The notes under the pieces: model-generated
Databases searched by the model: none
Told to the model about the DNA's origin: nothing
What the model saw: the letters and a program-made list of their open reading frames with translations, nothing else
NCBI GenBank assembly: GCA_003224695.1
Contig: QHZO01000217.1
Location: 1 to 43,940, forward strand
Source of the DNA: Acidobacteriota bacterium
GTDB lineage: Bacteria; Acidobacteriota; Terriglobia; UBA7540
DNA: 43,940 nucleotides
Direction: 5' to 3'
Translations under genes and position numbers: made by a program
Part shown: positions 15,756 through 24,804 of the stretch, one piece after another
Layout: each line of letters opens with the position of its first letter
Position numbering within the stretch: position 1 is the stretch's first letter

Positions 15756-16445
15756 TCACGGCAATACGGGTTTCTTCACCGCAATCGGCTCTCCGGCGAA
15801 AAGCGTGGGCGCGCAGGCCTCGAACGCCGCCTTGTTGTACGCGGCGATATCGCTCTGGATAAGTTCGTTGTATTTCTTCAGATAATCGTTGAGCTGCTTC
15901 TCAAGCTCGCCGATCCTCTCCGTTTCAAGCGCTGTAGGCGCCTCGCCGTAGGCGAAGCCGAGCCTGCGCGCCATGCCCGAGAATTGGTCGTGAAAATCCG
16001 CGAGCTCGTGGATGTCGTCCTCGGCCACGTCGTGCTGGACCTTCGAGCCGTACACCGCATCCTTCAGATTTTTCAACTTTTCTTCGAGCGGTTTGCCCTG
16101 GCTGAGGATTGAGGCGTAATTGCTCTTTTCATCTCCGCTTTCGGAGGTGGCTGTGCGCCGGAAGGCGGCCAGTTGTTTCTGCATGCCGTCCAGGCGGTTG
16201 AGCATTTCGTTCAAAGCATTGACTTCATTCTGCATCGCCAGCGCCTCGCGCGTCTGCGCTTCAAACTCCGAATCGGGAATTTTCAGGTTCGGATCGTAGC
16301 GGGCTTCCGCCGTCGTCTCTTGGGTTTGGCCCTTGACGGTGACGGCAATGTGGTAAGTCCCTGCGAGCACGCGCGGCCCCATGCCGCCACCGAAGAATTC
16401 CAGCAATTCGCTCTCCGGAGGTTTTTCGAAGTCGAGGCGGGTTGG
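15756..16445 (-). CDS. C-terminal part of the BNR/sortilin-like protein (separated from the rest by the inverted duplication)
   Basis: ..NPTRLDFEKPPESELLEFFGGGMGPRVLAGTYHIAVTVKGQTQETTAEARYDPNLKIPDSEFEAQTREALAMQNEVNALNEMLNRLDGMQKQL...AVKKPVLP*. The track ORF 15756..16733 extends upstream through non-native sequence. Confidence 0.75.
   Translation of the reverse strand, partial: PTRLDFEKPPESELLEFFGGGMGPRVLAGTYHIAVTVKGQTQETTAEARYDPNLKIPDSEFEAQTREALAMQNEVNALNEMLNRLDGMQKQLAAFRRTATSESGDEKSNYASILSQGKPLEEKLKNLKDAVYGSKVQHDVAEDDIHELADFHDQFSGMARRLGFAYGEAPTALETERIGELEKQLNDYLKKYNELIQSDIAAYNKAAFEACAPTLFAGEPIAVKKPVLP
16155..16266. repeat. Left copy of a perfect 112-bp inverted repeat (native coding copy, minus-strand sense)
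   Basis: I compared the copies base by base. 16155-16266 is the exact reverse complement of 16446-16557. Confidence 0.95.
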
Positions 16446-18900
16446 GTTTGAAGCGCAGACGCGCGAGGCGCTGGCGATGCAGAATGAAGTCAATGCTTTG
16501 AACGAAATGCTCAACCGCCTGGACGGCATGCAGAAACAACTGGCCGCCTTCCGGCGCGTTCGGCGCGGAATACTCGGCGCCACCTCCGCCGCCAAAGCCG
16601 CCCCAATGATGGAACTCCGTTCCCGGGCCGGCGTTGAACAGGTGGAAATCGCTCGACGGGATCTTGGCGTCCATTTCTTCGAGCGGCCGGATGTTGTCAA
16701 GCACAAACAAGCCTCGGCCATGCGTGGCGACAATCAGGTCGTGTTCTTTCTTCGCGAAATTTAGATCGTAGACGGGGACCGTGGGGAAATTGGCCTTGAG
16801 CTCCTGCCAGTGGCCGCCGGCGTCGCTCGAATAATAAAGGCCGCGGTCGGTACCGAGAACCAGCAACCCTTGTTTGTTCGGGTCTTCGCGCACGACGCGG
16901 GCGGAAAAATCCGCCGGCAAGCCTTCCGTGATGCGCGTCCAAGACTTGCCGTAATCCGAGGTCTTATAAACGTACGGGCGGCGGTCGTCGAGCTCGTGGG
17001 CGTCGTAGGCGAGGTAGGCGGTGCCCGCGTCGAATGGCGAAACGCCGATTTGATAGACGCGCGCCCACTCCGGCGCTCCCGTAATGTGCGCGGTCACGTT
17101 CGTCCAATTCTCTCCTCCGTCCCGAGTCACGTGCACCAAGCCGTCGTCCGATCCCACCCAGATCACCTTCGGGTCACTCGGCGCGAGCGTGATGCACATG
17201 ATGGTGTCGTAGTCTTCGGCGCTCGAGATGTCGTGCTGCACCGGCCCGCCGGCAATTTCCTGCTTCGTCTTGTCGTCGCGCGTAAGGTCGGGGCTGATGA
17301 CCGTCCACGACTTTCCGCCGTCCGTGGTCTTAAAGAGCACATTTGCGCCCAAATACACTTCGTTCGCGTCGGTCGCCGAGACGGCGAGGGGCGCGGTCCA
17401 ATTGAACCGGTATTTCAGATCGGCGGGCTTCATCTCTTCCGGCGAGCCGAGGTACGGCCGGATGTAGTGGGAAACGTGCGTCTTCGTATCCAAACGCACG
17501 AGGGAGCCGTCCTGCGAATCCGAGTAGATAATGTCGGGGTCGCTTGGGGCGGGCACCGAGTACTCGCCGTCGCCGCCCACCACGGTGTGCCAGTTGCGAC
17601 CTGTGACGCTGCGGGCCGCCAGGTCCGACGACGGCCCGCACCAGGCGCTGTTGTCCTGCAAACCGCCGCAGAGGTTGTAGGGCTCCTTGCTGTCGGCGGC
17701 GAGCTGATAGAACTGCCCGATGGGCAGCGTGTTCAGGAAGCGCCAGTGCTTGGCGCCGTCAGCGCTGAGAAACACGCCGCCGTCGTTGCCTTGAATCATG
17801 CGGTCGGGATTTTTCGGGTCAATCCAGAGCGTGTGATGGTCGGAATGAACGCCGCGGTCGGCGGGGTGGACCGTCTTGCCGCCGTCGTCGGATTCGAGCA
17901 TATTGAATGAAAGAAAATAGACCTTCATGTCCGTCGCGGGAGAGACGACCATCCGCGAAAAATAAAACGGCCGCACGTCGAGCGCGTGGCTCGAATTCAC
18001 TTCCGTCCAATGGTCGCCGAGGTCGAGCGATTGCCACAGCATCCCGGTCTTCGCGGCGATGAGGGCGTAGATGTGCTGAGGATTCGTGGGGGCAATGGCC
18101 ACGGCGATGCGCCCGAGTGGCCCCTTCGGCAAACCTTCGGTCAGTTTCTTCCAGGTGTCGCCGCCGTCGGTGGAACGATAGATCCCGCTCGACTCACCGC
18201 CGTCTTCGAGCGTCCATGGAAACCGGCGGGCGTGCCACATGCCGGCGAAGATCACCTTGGAATTGTTGAGCGGCATCGCCATATCTGAGACGCCGGTCTG
18301 GTCGTCCACGAAAAGAACTTTGGTCCAAGTCTTGCCGCCGTCCCTCGTGCGATAAACGCCGCGGCCGGCGTTCGGCGCCCAGGCGTGGCCGAGCGCACCG
18401 ACGAAAACCGTGTCTGGGTCTGTGGGATCAACCAGGATTCCGGCAATTTGTCCCACGTCGGCGAGGCCCATGAGCTTCCACGACAGGCCGCCGTCGGGCG
18501 AGAAATAGACACCGCGGCCGTCTATCACATCGTTGCGGATTTTCGACTCGCCCGTGCCCACCCAGATCCAATCCGGGTTCTCGGGCGCGAGCGCGATGGC
18601 GCCGATCGAAGAAGTGCTCTCGTGCTCGAAGATGGGCTTCCAACTGAGCCCGCCGTCAATGGTCTTGAAAACTCCGCCGCCCGCCGCGCCGGCGTAATAA
18701 ATGTTCGGGTTCCCAGGTATGCCTACGACGGCGGCCACGCGGCCGCCCGCCACGGCGGGACCGACATTCCGGAACTTGAGGTTCTTAAGAATGTCGGTAT
18801 TATCCGAGCCGGTTGAAGGGCTTTCCTCTTCCTGCGCCGCCGCCGGTGCGAGCGAAAAAACAGCGATCAAGACCGCGAGAATGACGCACGACTTTTTCAT
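16261..18900 (-). CDS. BNR/Asp-box (sortilin/VPS10-like, glycosyl-hydrolase-like) exported protein, N-terminal main part
   Basis: Signal peptide MKKSCVILAVLIAVFSLAPAAA. About ten Asp-box motifs (TIDGGLSWK, SPDGGLSWK, TRDGGKTWT, STDGGDTWK, TTDGGKSWT, TRDGGENWT and others). Native sequence ends near ..YSAPNAPEG at about 16558. The last roughly 100 codons of the ORF are an antisense or out-of-frame reading of the inverted duplication. Confidence 0.88.
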   Translation of the reverse strand: MKKSCVILAVLIAVFSLAPAAAQEEESPSTGSDNTDILKNLKFRNVGPAVAGGRVAAVVGIPGNPNIYYAGAAGGGVFKTIDGGLSWKPIFEHESTSSIGAIALAPENPDWIWVGTGESKIRNDVIDGRGVYFSPDGGLSWKLMGLADVGQIAGILVDPTDPDTVFVGALGHAWAPNAGRGVYRTRDGGKTWTKVLFVDDQTGVSDMAMPLNNSKVIFAGMWHARRFPWTLEDGGESSGIYRSTDGGDTWKKLTEGLPKGPLGRIAVAIAPTNPQHIYALIAAKTGMLWQSLDLGDHWTEVNSSHALDVRPFYFSRMVVSPATDMKVYFLSFNMLESDDGGKTVHPADRGVHSDHHTLWIDPKNPDRMIQGNDGGVFLSADGAKHWRFLNTLPIGQFYQLAADSKEPYNLCGGLQDNSAWCGPSSDLAARSVTGRNWHTVVGGDGEYSVPAPSDPDIIYSDSQDGSLVRLDTKTHVSHYIRPYLGSPEEMKPADLKYRFNWTAPLAVSATDANEVYLGANVLFKTTDGGKSWTVISPDLTRDDKTKQEIAGGPVQHDISSAEDYDTIMCITLAPSDPKVIWVGSDDGLVHVTRDGGENWTNVTAHITGAPEWARVYQIGVSPFDAGTAYLAYDAHELDDRRPYVYKTSDYGKSWTRITEGLPADFSARVVREDPNKQGLLVLGTDRGLYYSSDAGGHWQELKANFPTVPVYDLNFAKKEHDLIVATHGRGLFVLDNIRPLEEMDAKIPSSDFHLFNAGPGTEFHHWGGFGGGGGAEYSAPNAPEGGQLFLHAVQAVEHFVQSIDFILHRQRLARLRFKPNPPRLRKTSGERIAGILRWRHGAARARRDLPHCRHRQGPNPRDDGGSPLRSEPENSRFGV
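16446..16557. repeat. Right copy of the perfect 112-bp inverted repeat (ectopic, inverted copy)
   Basis: The plus strand here encodes FEAQTREALAMQNEVNALNEMLNRLDGMQKQLAAFRR, the same peptide that is encoded on the minus strand at 16155-16266. Confidence 0.95.
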
Positions 18901-18921
18901 CGCCGCGCTCCTTTATGAGCC

Positions 18922-18949
18922 GTAGGGGCGACCCTCGTGGTCGCCCTAC
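18922..18949. repeat. REP-like palindrome GTAGGGGCGACCctcgtGGTCGCCCTAC
   Basis: It lies between the BNR gene start and the end of the 310-aa gene. It contains that gene's TAG stop (18946-18948). Confidence 0.85.
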
Positions 18950-19878
18950 GAAATTTCCGGGATTCCCAAATCTTTCGACCCGAGTGGCGACATTTTGGAT
19001 TCGGGCGCGTACTCCTCGAGCAAATCCAAGGCGATGCGCGCGCGATGGATGCGCTCGCGCCCCATGCGCACGGCCGTCTCCTCCAGATGCAGCCCGCAAG
19101 GATAAATATCCGGCGCGTTCCGCAATCCGAACTTGAAATAAATCGGCGCCGCCGCCCGGATGAGCTTCGGCATCTCGTAGTAGCGCACAAAGCCGCCAAA
19201 GTTGTCGGGCACTTCGATGTACATATCAATCGGAATGTCCACGGCCTGCCGAATGGCGCCAATTTGCGCGGGGGCGAGGTCGGTCGGGATGTTGAGCGTC
19301 GAAACTCCGGCGCGCTCGAAGACTTTCGCGGTGGCGGGATTGGCGGCCGGAAGCGTGACGTAACTCTTGAGGACCAGGTTCTTGGGCAGCTCGCCTTTTT
19401 GCTTCATCTCGTGGAGCACCCAGATCAAGCCCAGGTCGGCGGGCAGGACGCTGCGAATGCCGAGGTCCGAGGCGCGGCGAACATCTTCAATAGCATAAAC
19501 GAGCTGGTCGGCGCCCCGGTGCTGCCAGCCGATCACTTTGCCGCCGACGCTCAGCGCCTGCGCGCCCGTCTCAAACGGCGCGCGCGGGCCGACGAACAGG
19601 CACACTTCGATCCGGTGCTCGGCGCCGAGGCGCGCCATTTCGGAAATCTCCGACCGCTGAAGCAGCATGATCCCGCTGCCCTGGCTGACGCGATGAATCG
19701 GGACTTTTAGTTCCTTCGCCGCCGCCAGCACTTCCCGGAACACGCGCGGGCCTTCCACGCTCGGAATCTCGATCCGGTACTCGCCGCCGTCGGGAAATGT
19801 CTTCTTGCTGGGCTCCAGGTTGTCTTCGGTCGGGAGTTTCAGTTTGGAAAGGAATTGATGTGTCTTTTTCATATCCAC
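18946..19878 (-). CDS. Conserved-looking protein of unknown function (310 aa)
   Basis: A long ORF with normal composition, co-oriented with the aldehyde dehydrogenase upstream. I recognise no motif. Confidence 0.8.
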   Translation of the reverse strand: MDMKKTHQFLSKLKLPTEDNLEPSKKTFPDGGEYRIEIPSVEGPRVFREVLAAAKELKVPIHRVSQGSGIMLLQRSEISEMARLGAEHRIEVCLFVGPRAPFETGAQALSVGGKVIGWQHRGADQLVYAIEDVRRASDLGIRSVLPADLGLIWVLHEMKQKGELPKNLVLKSYVTLPAANPATAKVFERAGVSTLNIPTDLAPAQIGAIRQAVDIPIDMYIEVPDNFGGFVRYYEMPKLIRAAAPIYFKFGLRNAPDIYPCGLHLEETAVRMGRERIHRARIALDLLEEYAPESKMSPLGSKDLGIPEIS

Positions 19879-20024
19879 CGGCGCGGGGCGAGCGGGTAGC
19901 GCGATCCGATATTATCGGACCGCGGCTCGTTCAAGATTTGACAATCAACAACCGCAGGCCTCGACAACGGAGGTCTGCGCTACCCGACACGGCAACGGGC
20001 TACTGACAACGGACCGCGGACGTC

Positions 20025-21479
20025 CTACGCGTATTTCAGGTACACGGTTCGCGTTTCAGTGTAGAAGTCGAGGGCCTGCGGCCCTTGCTCGCGCATGCCG
20101 AAACTGGATTCTTTGGTGCCGCCGAAAGGCAGTTGATACTCGACGCCGGCGGTCGGCAGGTTCACCGTAATCAGCCCGGCTTCAATCCGATTGATGAATT
20201 CGTGGACGCGCGTCAAATCGTTCGAGACGATGGAAGCCGAGAGGCCGAATCGGATGCTGTTCGCCAGGCGCATCGCGTCCTCAAAATCGTTCGCCCGCAT
20301 CAAGGCCAGCACAGGGCCGAAGATTTCCTCTTGCGCGATGCGCATTTCCGCCGTCACGTCGCCGAAAATCGTGGGCTCAATAAAGAAGCCGTGGTCGTAG
20401 CTTCCTCCGTGCAAACGGGTTCCCCCACAAAGCAACCGAGCGCCTTGCTCGAGTCCAATGTCTATGTATTTCAAGTCCGTGTGGAGTTGCTCGGCATCCA
20501 CCGCCGGGCCGATGTTCACACCGGCCTCCATGCCGTTTCCCACTCTGAGTCTTTTCGTTTTCGCCACCAGCTTCTCGACCAGGGGCTCGTAAATCGTTTT
20601 CTCAATAATGGCGCGGCTGCAAGCCGTGCACTTCTGACCCGTCGAAAAGAACGCTCCATTCACCAGAATGTCGGCGGCGTCGCCGAGATCGGCGTCGCGC
20701 AAGACCACCGTCGGGTTCTTGCCGCCCATCTCAAATTGCAGACGAATCTTGCGCCCGCCAAGTTTCTCGTGCAGGCGATTTCCGACGTCGCAGGAGCCGG
20801 TGAACGAAAGCGCGCGCACGTGCCGGTTTTCGACGAGCGCGTTTCCCGCCGTGCCGCCAGGTCCCGTAACGTAGTTGAGCGCGCCGGCCGATATTCCCGC
20901 TTCGTGCAAAGCCTCGACCAGGCGATAGGCGCTGAGCGGCGCGAGCGAGGCGGGCTTGATGACCACGGCGTTGCCGGCGACCAGCGCCGGCGCCATTTTC
21001 CAGGCGGGAATGGCGCTGGGAAAATTCCACGGCGTGATGAGCGCCACCACGCCCAGCGGCTTACGCAGCGTGTAGCAAAAAACATTTTCGCGCTCGGAGG
21101 GAATCTGGTAGCTGAACGCCCGCGCGCCTTCGCCGCCAAAGTAGCGGAAGATGTTGATGGCGCGTTTGACCTCGCCTTTGGCCTCGGCGAGCGTCTTTCC
21201 TTCTTCGCGCGTCATCTCCTCGCCCAAGTTCGCGAGCCGGCTCTCGAGAATTTCCGCCGCCCTGAAGAGGAATTCCCCCCGGCGCGGCGCGGGCAGCGCC
21301 GCCCACGCGGGCTGCGCTTGGGCGGCCGCCTCACACGCGGCCTCAACGTCTTCCGCGCCCGACACCTGAAAATGACCTACGACTTCGCCGGTGTTCGCGG
21401 GATTGACGTTCGGAAAAGTCTTTTCCGACCGGGCGGCGACCCACTGGCCACCGATGTAATTCTTGAAGACCTCGGCCAT
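20025..21479 (-). CDS. NAD(P)-dependent aldehyde dehydrogenase
   Basis: The start [14 protein letters not shown] is at 21479. Motifs: [27 protein letters not shown] and the catalytic Cys in GQKCTACSR. The 107 upstream codons of the track ORF run over repeats and are not credible. Confidence 0.93.
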   Translation of the reverse strand: MAEVFKNYIGGQWVAARSEKTFPNVNPANTGEVVGHFQVSGAEDVEAACEAAAQAQPAWAALPAPRRGEFLFRAAEILESRLANLGEEMTREEGKTLAEAKGEVKRAINIFRYFGGEGARAFSYQIPSERENVFCYTLRKPLGVVALITPWNFPSAIPAWKMAPALVAGNAVVIKPASLAPLSAYRLVEALHEAGISAGALNYVTGPGGTAGNALVENRHVRALSFTGSCDVGNRLHEKLGGRKIRLQFEMGGKNPTVVLRDADLGDAADILVNGAFFSTGQKCTACSRAIIEKTIYEPLVEKLVAKTKRLRVGNGMEAGVNIGPAVDAEQLHTDLKYIDIGLEQGARLLCGGTRLHGGSYDHGFFIEPTIFGDVTAEMRIAQEEIFGPVLALMRANDFEDAMRLANSIRFGLSASIVSNDLTRVHEFINRIEAGLITVNLPTAGVEYQLPFGGTKESSFGMREQGPQALDFYTETRTVYLKYA

Positions 21480-21572
21480 ACGCTCCCCACCGATCTCGCT
21501 GGCGCTTATCGGACCTGCCTGAGGCAGGAGGCCGCCATTATGAGAACTTGCTGCGGGAGCTGTCAAGCGATG

Positions 21573-21649
21573 CTGTAGCGGCGAGCTGTGTCTCGCCGCG
21601 TTCAGGAGCGGGACATTGAATGGCGGCGAGACACAGCTCGCCGCTACAG
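21573..21649. repeat. Perfect 27-bp inverted repeat CTGTAGCGGCGAGCTGTGTCTCGCCGC with a 23-nt spacer
   Basis: 21573-21599 is the exact reverse complement of 21623-21649. Each arm is itself a hairpin (GCGGCGAG/CTCGCCGC). Confidence 0.9.
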
Positions 21650-21774
21650 CCCGCGAACACGCTCCGTCCGCTCGCCGGGCGAAGACATCAGCGCCACGGC
21701 TGCGCCCATCGTGAAGAGCGCGTAGCCCGGATGCGCGGCAATGGCCATGATTGAGGAGGGCATGGCAGTTAACC

Positions 21775-21826
21775 GTAGGGGCGGGCCTTGTGCCCGCCAC
21801 GGGGCGACCACGAGGGTCGCCCCTAC
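21775..21826. repeat. REP-like doublet GTAGGGGCGGGCCTTGTGCCCGCCACGGGGCGACCACGAGGGTCGCCCCTAC
   Basis: It contains two sub-hairpins. The terminal CTA (21823-21825) is the TAG stop of the CocE/NonD gene. Confidence 0.85.
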
Positions 21827-23592
21827 CGCGGAATCACCGGCAGCACGAGCGCCGTTGGGTGCTCGCGGTCGTGATAAATCGTGTTCGTCGCCTTGACGAA
21901 ATGTTTGCCCGATTCGGGCTCTTCGCCGGTATTCAAATTTCGGTCGAAGCGCGGAAAGTTCGAGCTCGAGACTTCCAGGCGCAGCCGATGGCCGGCCCGG
22001 AAGACGTTGCTGGTGGCCCAAAGGTCGAGCGTCAGTTTGTATATCCCGCCGGGGTTCATAAATTCCGCCTTCTCCTGGGAGTTTCTGTAGCGGGCGCGCA
22101 GAATGCCTTCGGTCAAATTCTGGGCGAAGCCGTTGGGCCAAACGTCCACGAGCTTCCCCGTGAAGTCCGTGTCCACGGAGGAAGAACCGGCGTAGAGATC
22201 GAGGCTGACGGGGCCGGTGACTTCGAAATCTTTTTCGAACGGCGGCGTGGTGTAAACGAGGACGTCGTCGCGCGCTTCGACGGGCCGCTGGTCGCGCGGG
22301 CCGGGCGCCAGGTGCGCGGCGTCGCAGCAGAGCGGGCCGCCGATGGTCGGCACCGGGTCGGCAGGATCGACCGTATAGCGGTCGGGCTTCTCGTCGCCCG
22401 GCGTGGCCGTATCGAGCGTGCCGTTTCCGCGAAGCGAATTCGCGTTGCCATCCGAGTGGATGTAATAGCGCGTCGAGACGGCGCGCGCGGGCGGCCAGGC
22501 GTCTTCTTCCCGCCAAACGTTTTCGCCCATGACGAAAATCTTGACGGGCTTTTGTTGTTCGACGCCGTGGGCCTTGCCCTTGAGCAAAGTCTCGTACCAA
22601 TCGAGCATCAGGGCATCGGAATCGAGCTCGGCGGAGGGCCCGAAGTCCAGCGCGCCGATTTTCCGCCCGCTTCCCGCGTGGCCGCCGATCATCATCAGCA
22701 AACGCCCGCCCGTTCGCGCGGCTTCCGTGCCGCCGTGCGCCTTGATGCCCAGGTAATTGCGAAGCGTTCCGCCGAGAAAAATGTCGTACCAGGCGCCCAC
22801 GCTGTACACGGGCACTCGGATATTCGCAAAATGCTCCTCGATGGACCAGCGCTTCCAATAGTCGTCGTAGGCGGGGTGCGCGAGCCAATCGAGGAAGTAA
22901 GGAGCGAGCTGGCCAAGACGCGCGTGGCCGCCAAGCCGCAGCAAGGGATAATCCGCGAGTGGCAATATCTCAGCCCAATGCATCGCGTTCGTTCCGTGGG
23001 CTACGCGGCGGTTGAGCGTGTCCTGGGCAAGCCCGGAGGTCCAGGACTCGTTGAACCATTGCTCGAACGCCCCGCTCTGGTACGTCCAGCCGTCATGATA
23101 GTTCGACGCAGTGTCGAAGGGGAAAATTCCGGCAAGGTGCGGCGGGGAAGCGATGGCGGTGAGCATTTGCGTGGCGCCGACGTAGGAGCCGCCCCACATG
23201 CCGACCTTGCCGTCCGAATACGCGAGCGCCGCGGCCCATTCGACCGTGTCGTAGCCGTCATTCGATTCGTTCTTGAAGGGGTACCAGTCGCCCTCGGAAG
23301 TGTAGCGGCCGCGCACGTCCTGGATAATCGCCACGAAGCCGCGCGCCGCGGCGCGCAGGCAGAAGTCGCACACGGCCTTGTTGTACGGTGTGCGCTGGAG
23401 AAGCACCGGAAAGCGCCCGTCTGAGTTGGGCCTATAGATATCCGCGCGCAGCATAACTCCGTCGCGCATCTTGACGCCGACGCCGCGCTCGATTTCGACG
23501 TCGTAGTGCTCCGCCGCCATGAGGTTCGTAGCCAGGAGGAACGCGAACGCAATCACCAGCCGCAAGAATCTGTTATTCATGAGAGAGTTCAC
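21823..23592 (-). CDS. CocE/NonD family hydrolase (S15 X-Pro dipeptidyl-peptidase-like)
   Basis: Signal peptide. MRDGVMLRADIYRP...FPVLLQRTPYNK...IQDVRGRYTSEGDW...GYDTVEWAA...VGMWGGSYVGATQ contains the GxSxG nucleophile. Confidence 0.92.
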   Translation of the reverse strand: MNSLMNNRFLRLVIAFAFLLATNLMAAEHYDVEIERGVGVKMRDGVMLRADIYRPNSDGRFPVLLQRTPYNKAVCDFCLRAAARGFVAIIQDVRGRYTSEGDWYPFKNESNDGYDTVEWAAALAYSDGKVGMWGGSYVGATQMLTAIASPPHLAGIFPFDTASNYHDGWTYQSGAFEQWFNESWTSGLAQDTLNRRVAHGTNAMHWAEILPLADYPLLRLGGHARLGQLAPYFLDWLAHPAYDDYWKRWSIEEHFANIRVPVYSVGAWYDIFLGGTLRNYLGIKAHGGTEAARTGGRLLMMIGGHAGSGRKIGALDFGPSAELDSDALMLDWYETLLKGKAHGVEQQKPVKIFVMGENVWREEDAWPPARAVSTRYYIHSDGNANSLRGNGTLDTATPGDEKPDRYTVDPADPVPTIGGPLCCDAAHLAPGPRDQRPVEARDDVLVYTTPPFEKDFEVTGPVSLDLYAGSSSVDTDFTGKLVDVWPNGFAQNLTEGILRARYRNSQEKAEFMNPGGIYKLTLDLWATSNVFRAGHRLRLEVSSSNFPRFDRNLNTGEEPESGKHFVKATNTIYHDREHPTALVLPVIPR

Positions 23593-23597
23593 CAGAT

Positions 23598-23711
23598 GTC
23601 ATTCTGAGCGAAGCCCGCCACGGCGGGCGAAGCGAAGAATCCCGGCATTTGTCGAATTAAGCAAATGCCGAGATCCTTCGTCGGTCGCCTAGGCGACCTC
23701 CTCAGGATGAC
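23598..23711. repeat. Nested palindromic element of the GTCATTCTGAGCGAAGC...GAAGAATC type
   Basis: The left arm is GTCATTCTGAGCGAAGCCCGCCACGGCGGGCGAAGCGAAGAATCCCGGCATTTG. The right arm (reverse complement) is GTCATCCTGAGGAGGTCGCCTAGGCGACCGACGAAGGATCTCGGCATTTG. The two internal palindromes differ. Confidence 0.8.
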
Positions 23712-23892
23712 GCTTTCAGAAGTCTTTCAGCATCACACTTAAGGCTCCGCTTTCGTGATGCGGGCGGCAGCTTATCAAGAATGGCCGCGGCTTTCCAGGT
23801 TGGGAAATGAGAACCTTGTAGGGAGCTTTCCTTGACCGCCTCCGGCGCGTCCGATAGACTCGAATGGAGGCAGGCGCGGCGCGCCTTTGCTC

Positions 23893-24771
23893 ATGAGGAA
23901 AGAGACGGTGATCACGGCGGCGGTTTTTCTGGCCGTAGGATTTCTCGCCGGGTACATTTACGATTCGGAGCGCAACTGGAGCCGCCAGGAATTGCCTGCC
24001 TCGCCGTCAGGCAGGCCTGCTTCGCTCTCGGCGCAACCGGGGCAGGCCTCGGGCGGGGCCGCGGCGGCGGAAGAAACTCCCGGCGCCGGCGAAGCCGCCC
24101 CGCCAGCGAGCGGCCCCGCGGCCCAGGGGAACGGCGTCGAGGAGACGGGCGCCGCCGGCCAAGCATTGCCGCCAGGCCATCCGACGCTCGCGGTCGCCGG
24201 CCAGATGAAGGACCTTGAGGATCAGGCGTCGCGAAATCCCGAAGACCCTGGCCCGCCGCTCAAACTCGCGAACCTTTTCTTCGACCAGCGCATGTTCGAG
24301 CAGGCAGTCACGTGGTATGAGCACGCTCTCAAGCTCGATCCGAAAAACGTCAACGCCCACACGGACCTCGGGACCGCCTACTTCAACCTGGGCCGCTCCG
24401 CCGAGGCGCTCGCGGAATATAAGAAGTCGCTGGAAATTGATTCCACACACGAGCCGACGATGTACAACATGATCATCGTAAACCTGGAGGGCCTGCATGA
24501 TCCCAAGGCCGCGCGCGCCGCCTGGGAAAAACTTTACCGGCGTAATCCGAATTATGCAGGCCTCGCGGCCTTGAAGGACCGGCTGGGGCCGGGCGTGGAG
24601 AGAGGCGTTCACGGGCATCTTCCGCGCCCGTGCGCTCGTCATAAGGGTATGGACAAGTGGAAACTATCGGACGTGCTCGCAATACTCCTCTGCGTCCTCG
24701 TGCTCGTGATCCAGTTGCTCGTTGGTGGTAGTCGGTGGGGATCGGGGCCTCCGGGACTTCCAGGCGATTAA
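23893..24771 (+). CDS. TPR-repeat protein with an N-terminal membrane anchor
   Basis: MRKETVITAAVFLAVGFLAGYIY forms a TM helix. A low-complexity A/G/P linker follows. The TPR units are LANLFFDQRMFEQAVTWYEHALKLDPKNVNAHTDLGTAYFNLGRSAEALAEYKKSLEID. Confidence 0.85.
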   Translation: MRKETVITAAVFLAVGFLAGYIYDSERNWSRQELPASPSGRPASLSAQPGQASGGAAAAEETPGAGEAAPPASGPAAQGNGVEETGAAGQALPPGHPTLAVAGQMKDLEDQASRNPEDPGPPLKLANLFFDQRMFEQAVTWYEHALKLDPKNVNAHTDLGTAYFNLGRSAEALAEYKKSLEIDSTHEPTMYNMIIVNLEGLHDPKAARAAWEKLYRRNPNYAGLAALKDRLGPGVERGVHGHLPRPCARHKGMDKWKLSDVLAILLCVLVLVIQLLVGGSRWGSGPPGLPGD

Positions 24772-24804
24772 GGACTCTCCTTGCTCCAACGCCGTCATTA
24801 AAAT

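Noticed and set aside
20085-21578. Long ORFs overlapping or antisense to better genes (for example 20085..21578 +, 21751..23424 +, 16810..17910 +, 25589..26941 -, 27596..28462 +, 35093..35983 -, 41029..42993 -, 12689..13108 -).
   Set aside because: They are typical high-G+C shadow ORFs. Their translations are Arg/Gly/Ala/Pro-rich with no motifs, and each is fully covered by a gene with clear family signatures on the other strand or in another frame.
24600-24771. The C-terminal tail of the TPR ORF (..GVHGHLPRPCARHKGMDKWKLSDVLAILLCVLVLVIQLLVGG..) as a separate small membrane-protein gene or another frameshift.
   Set aside because: It is in frame with the TPR gene and has no independent RBS. 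I cannot distinguish a genuine C-terminal TM anchor from a fused ORF using sequence alone.
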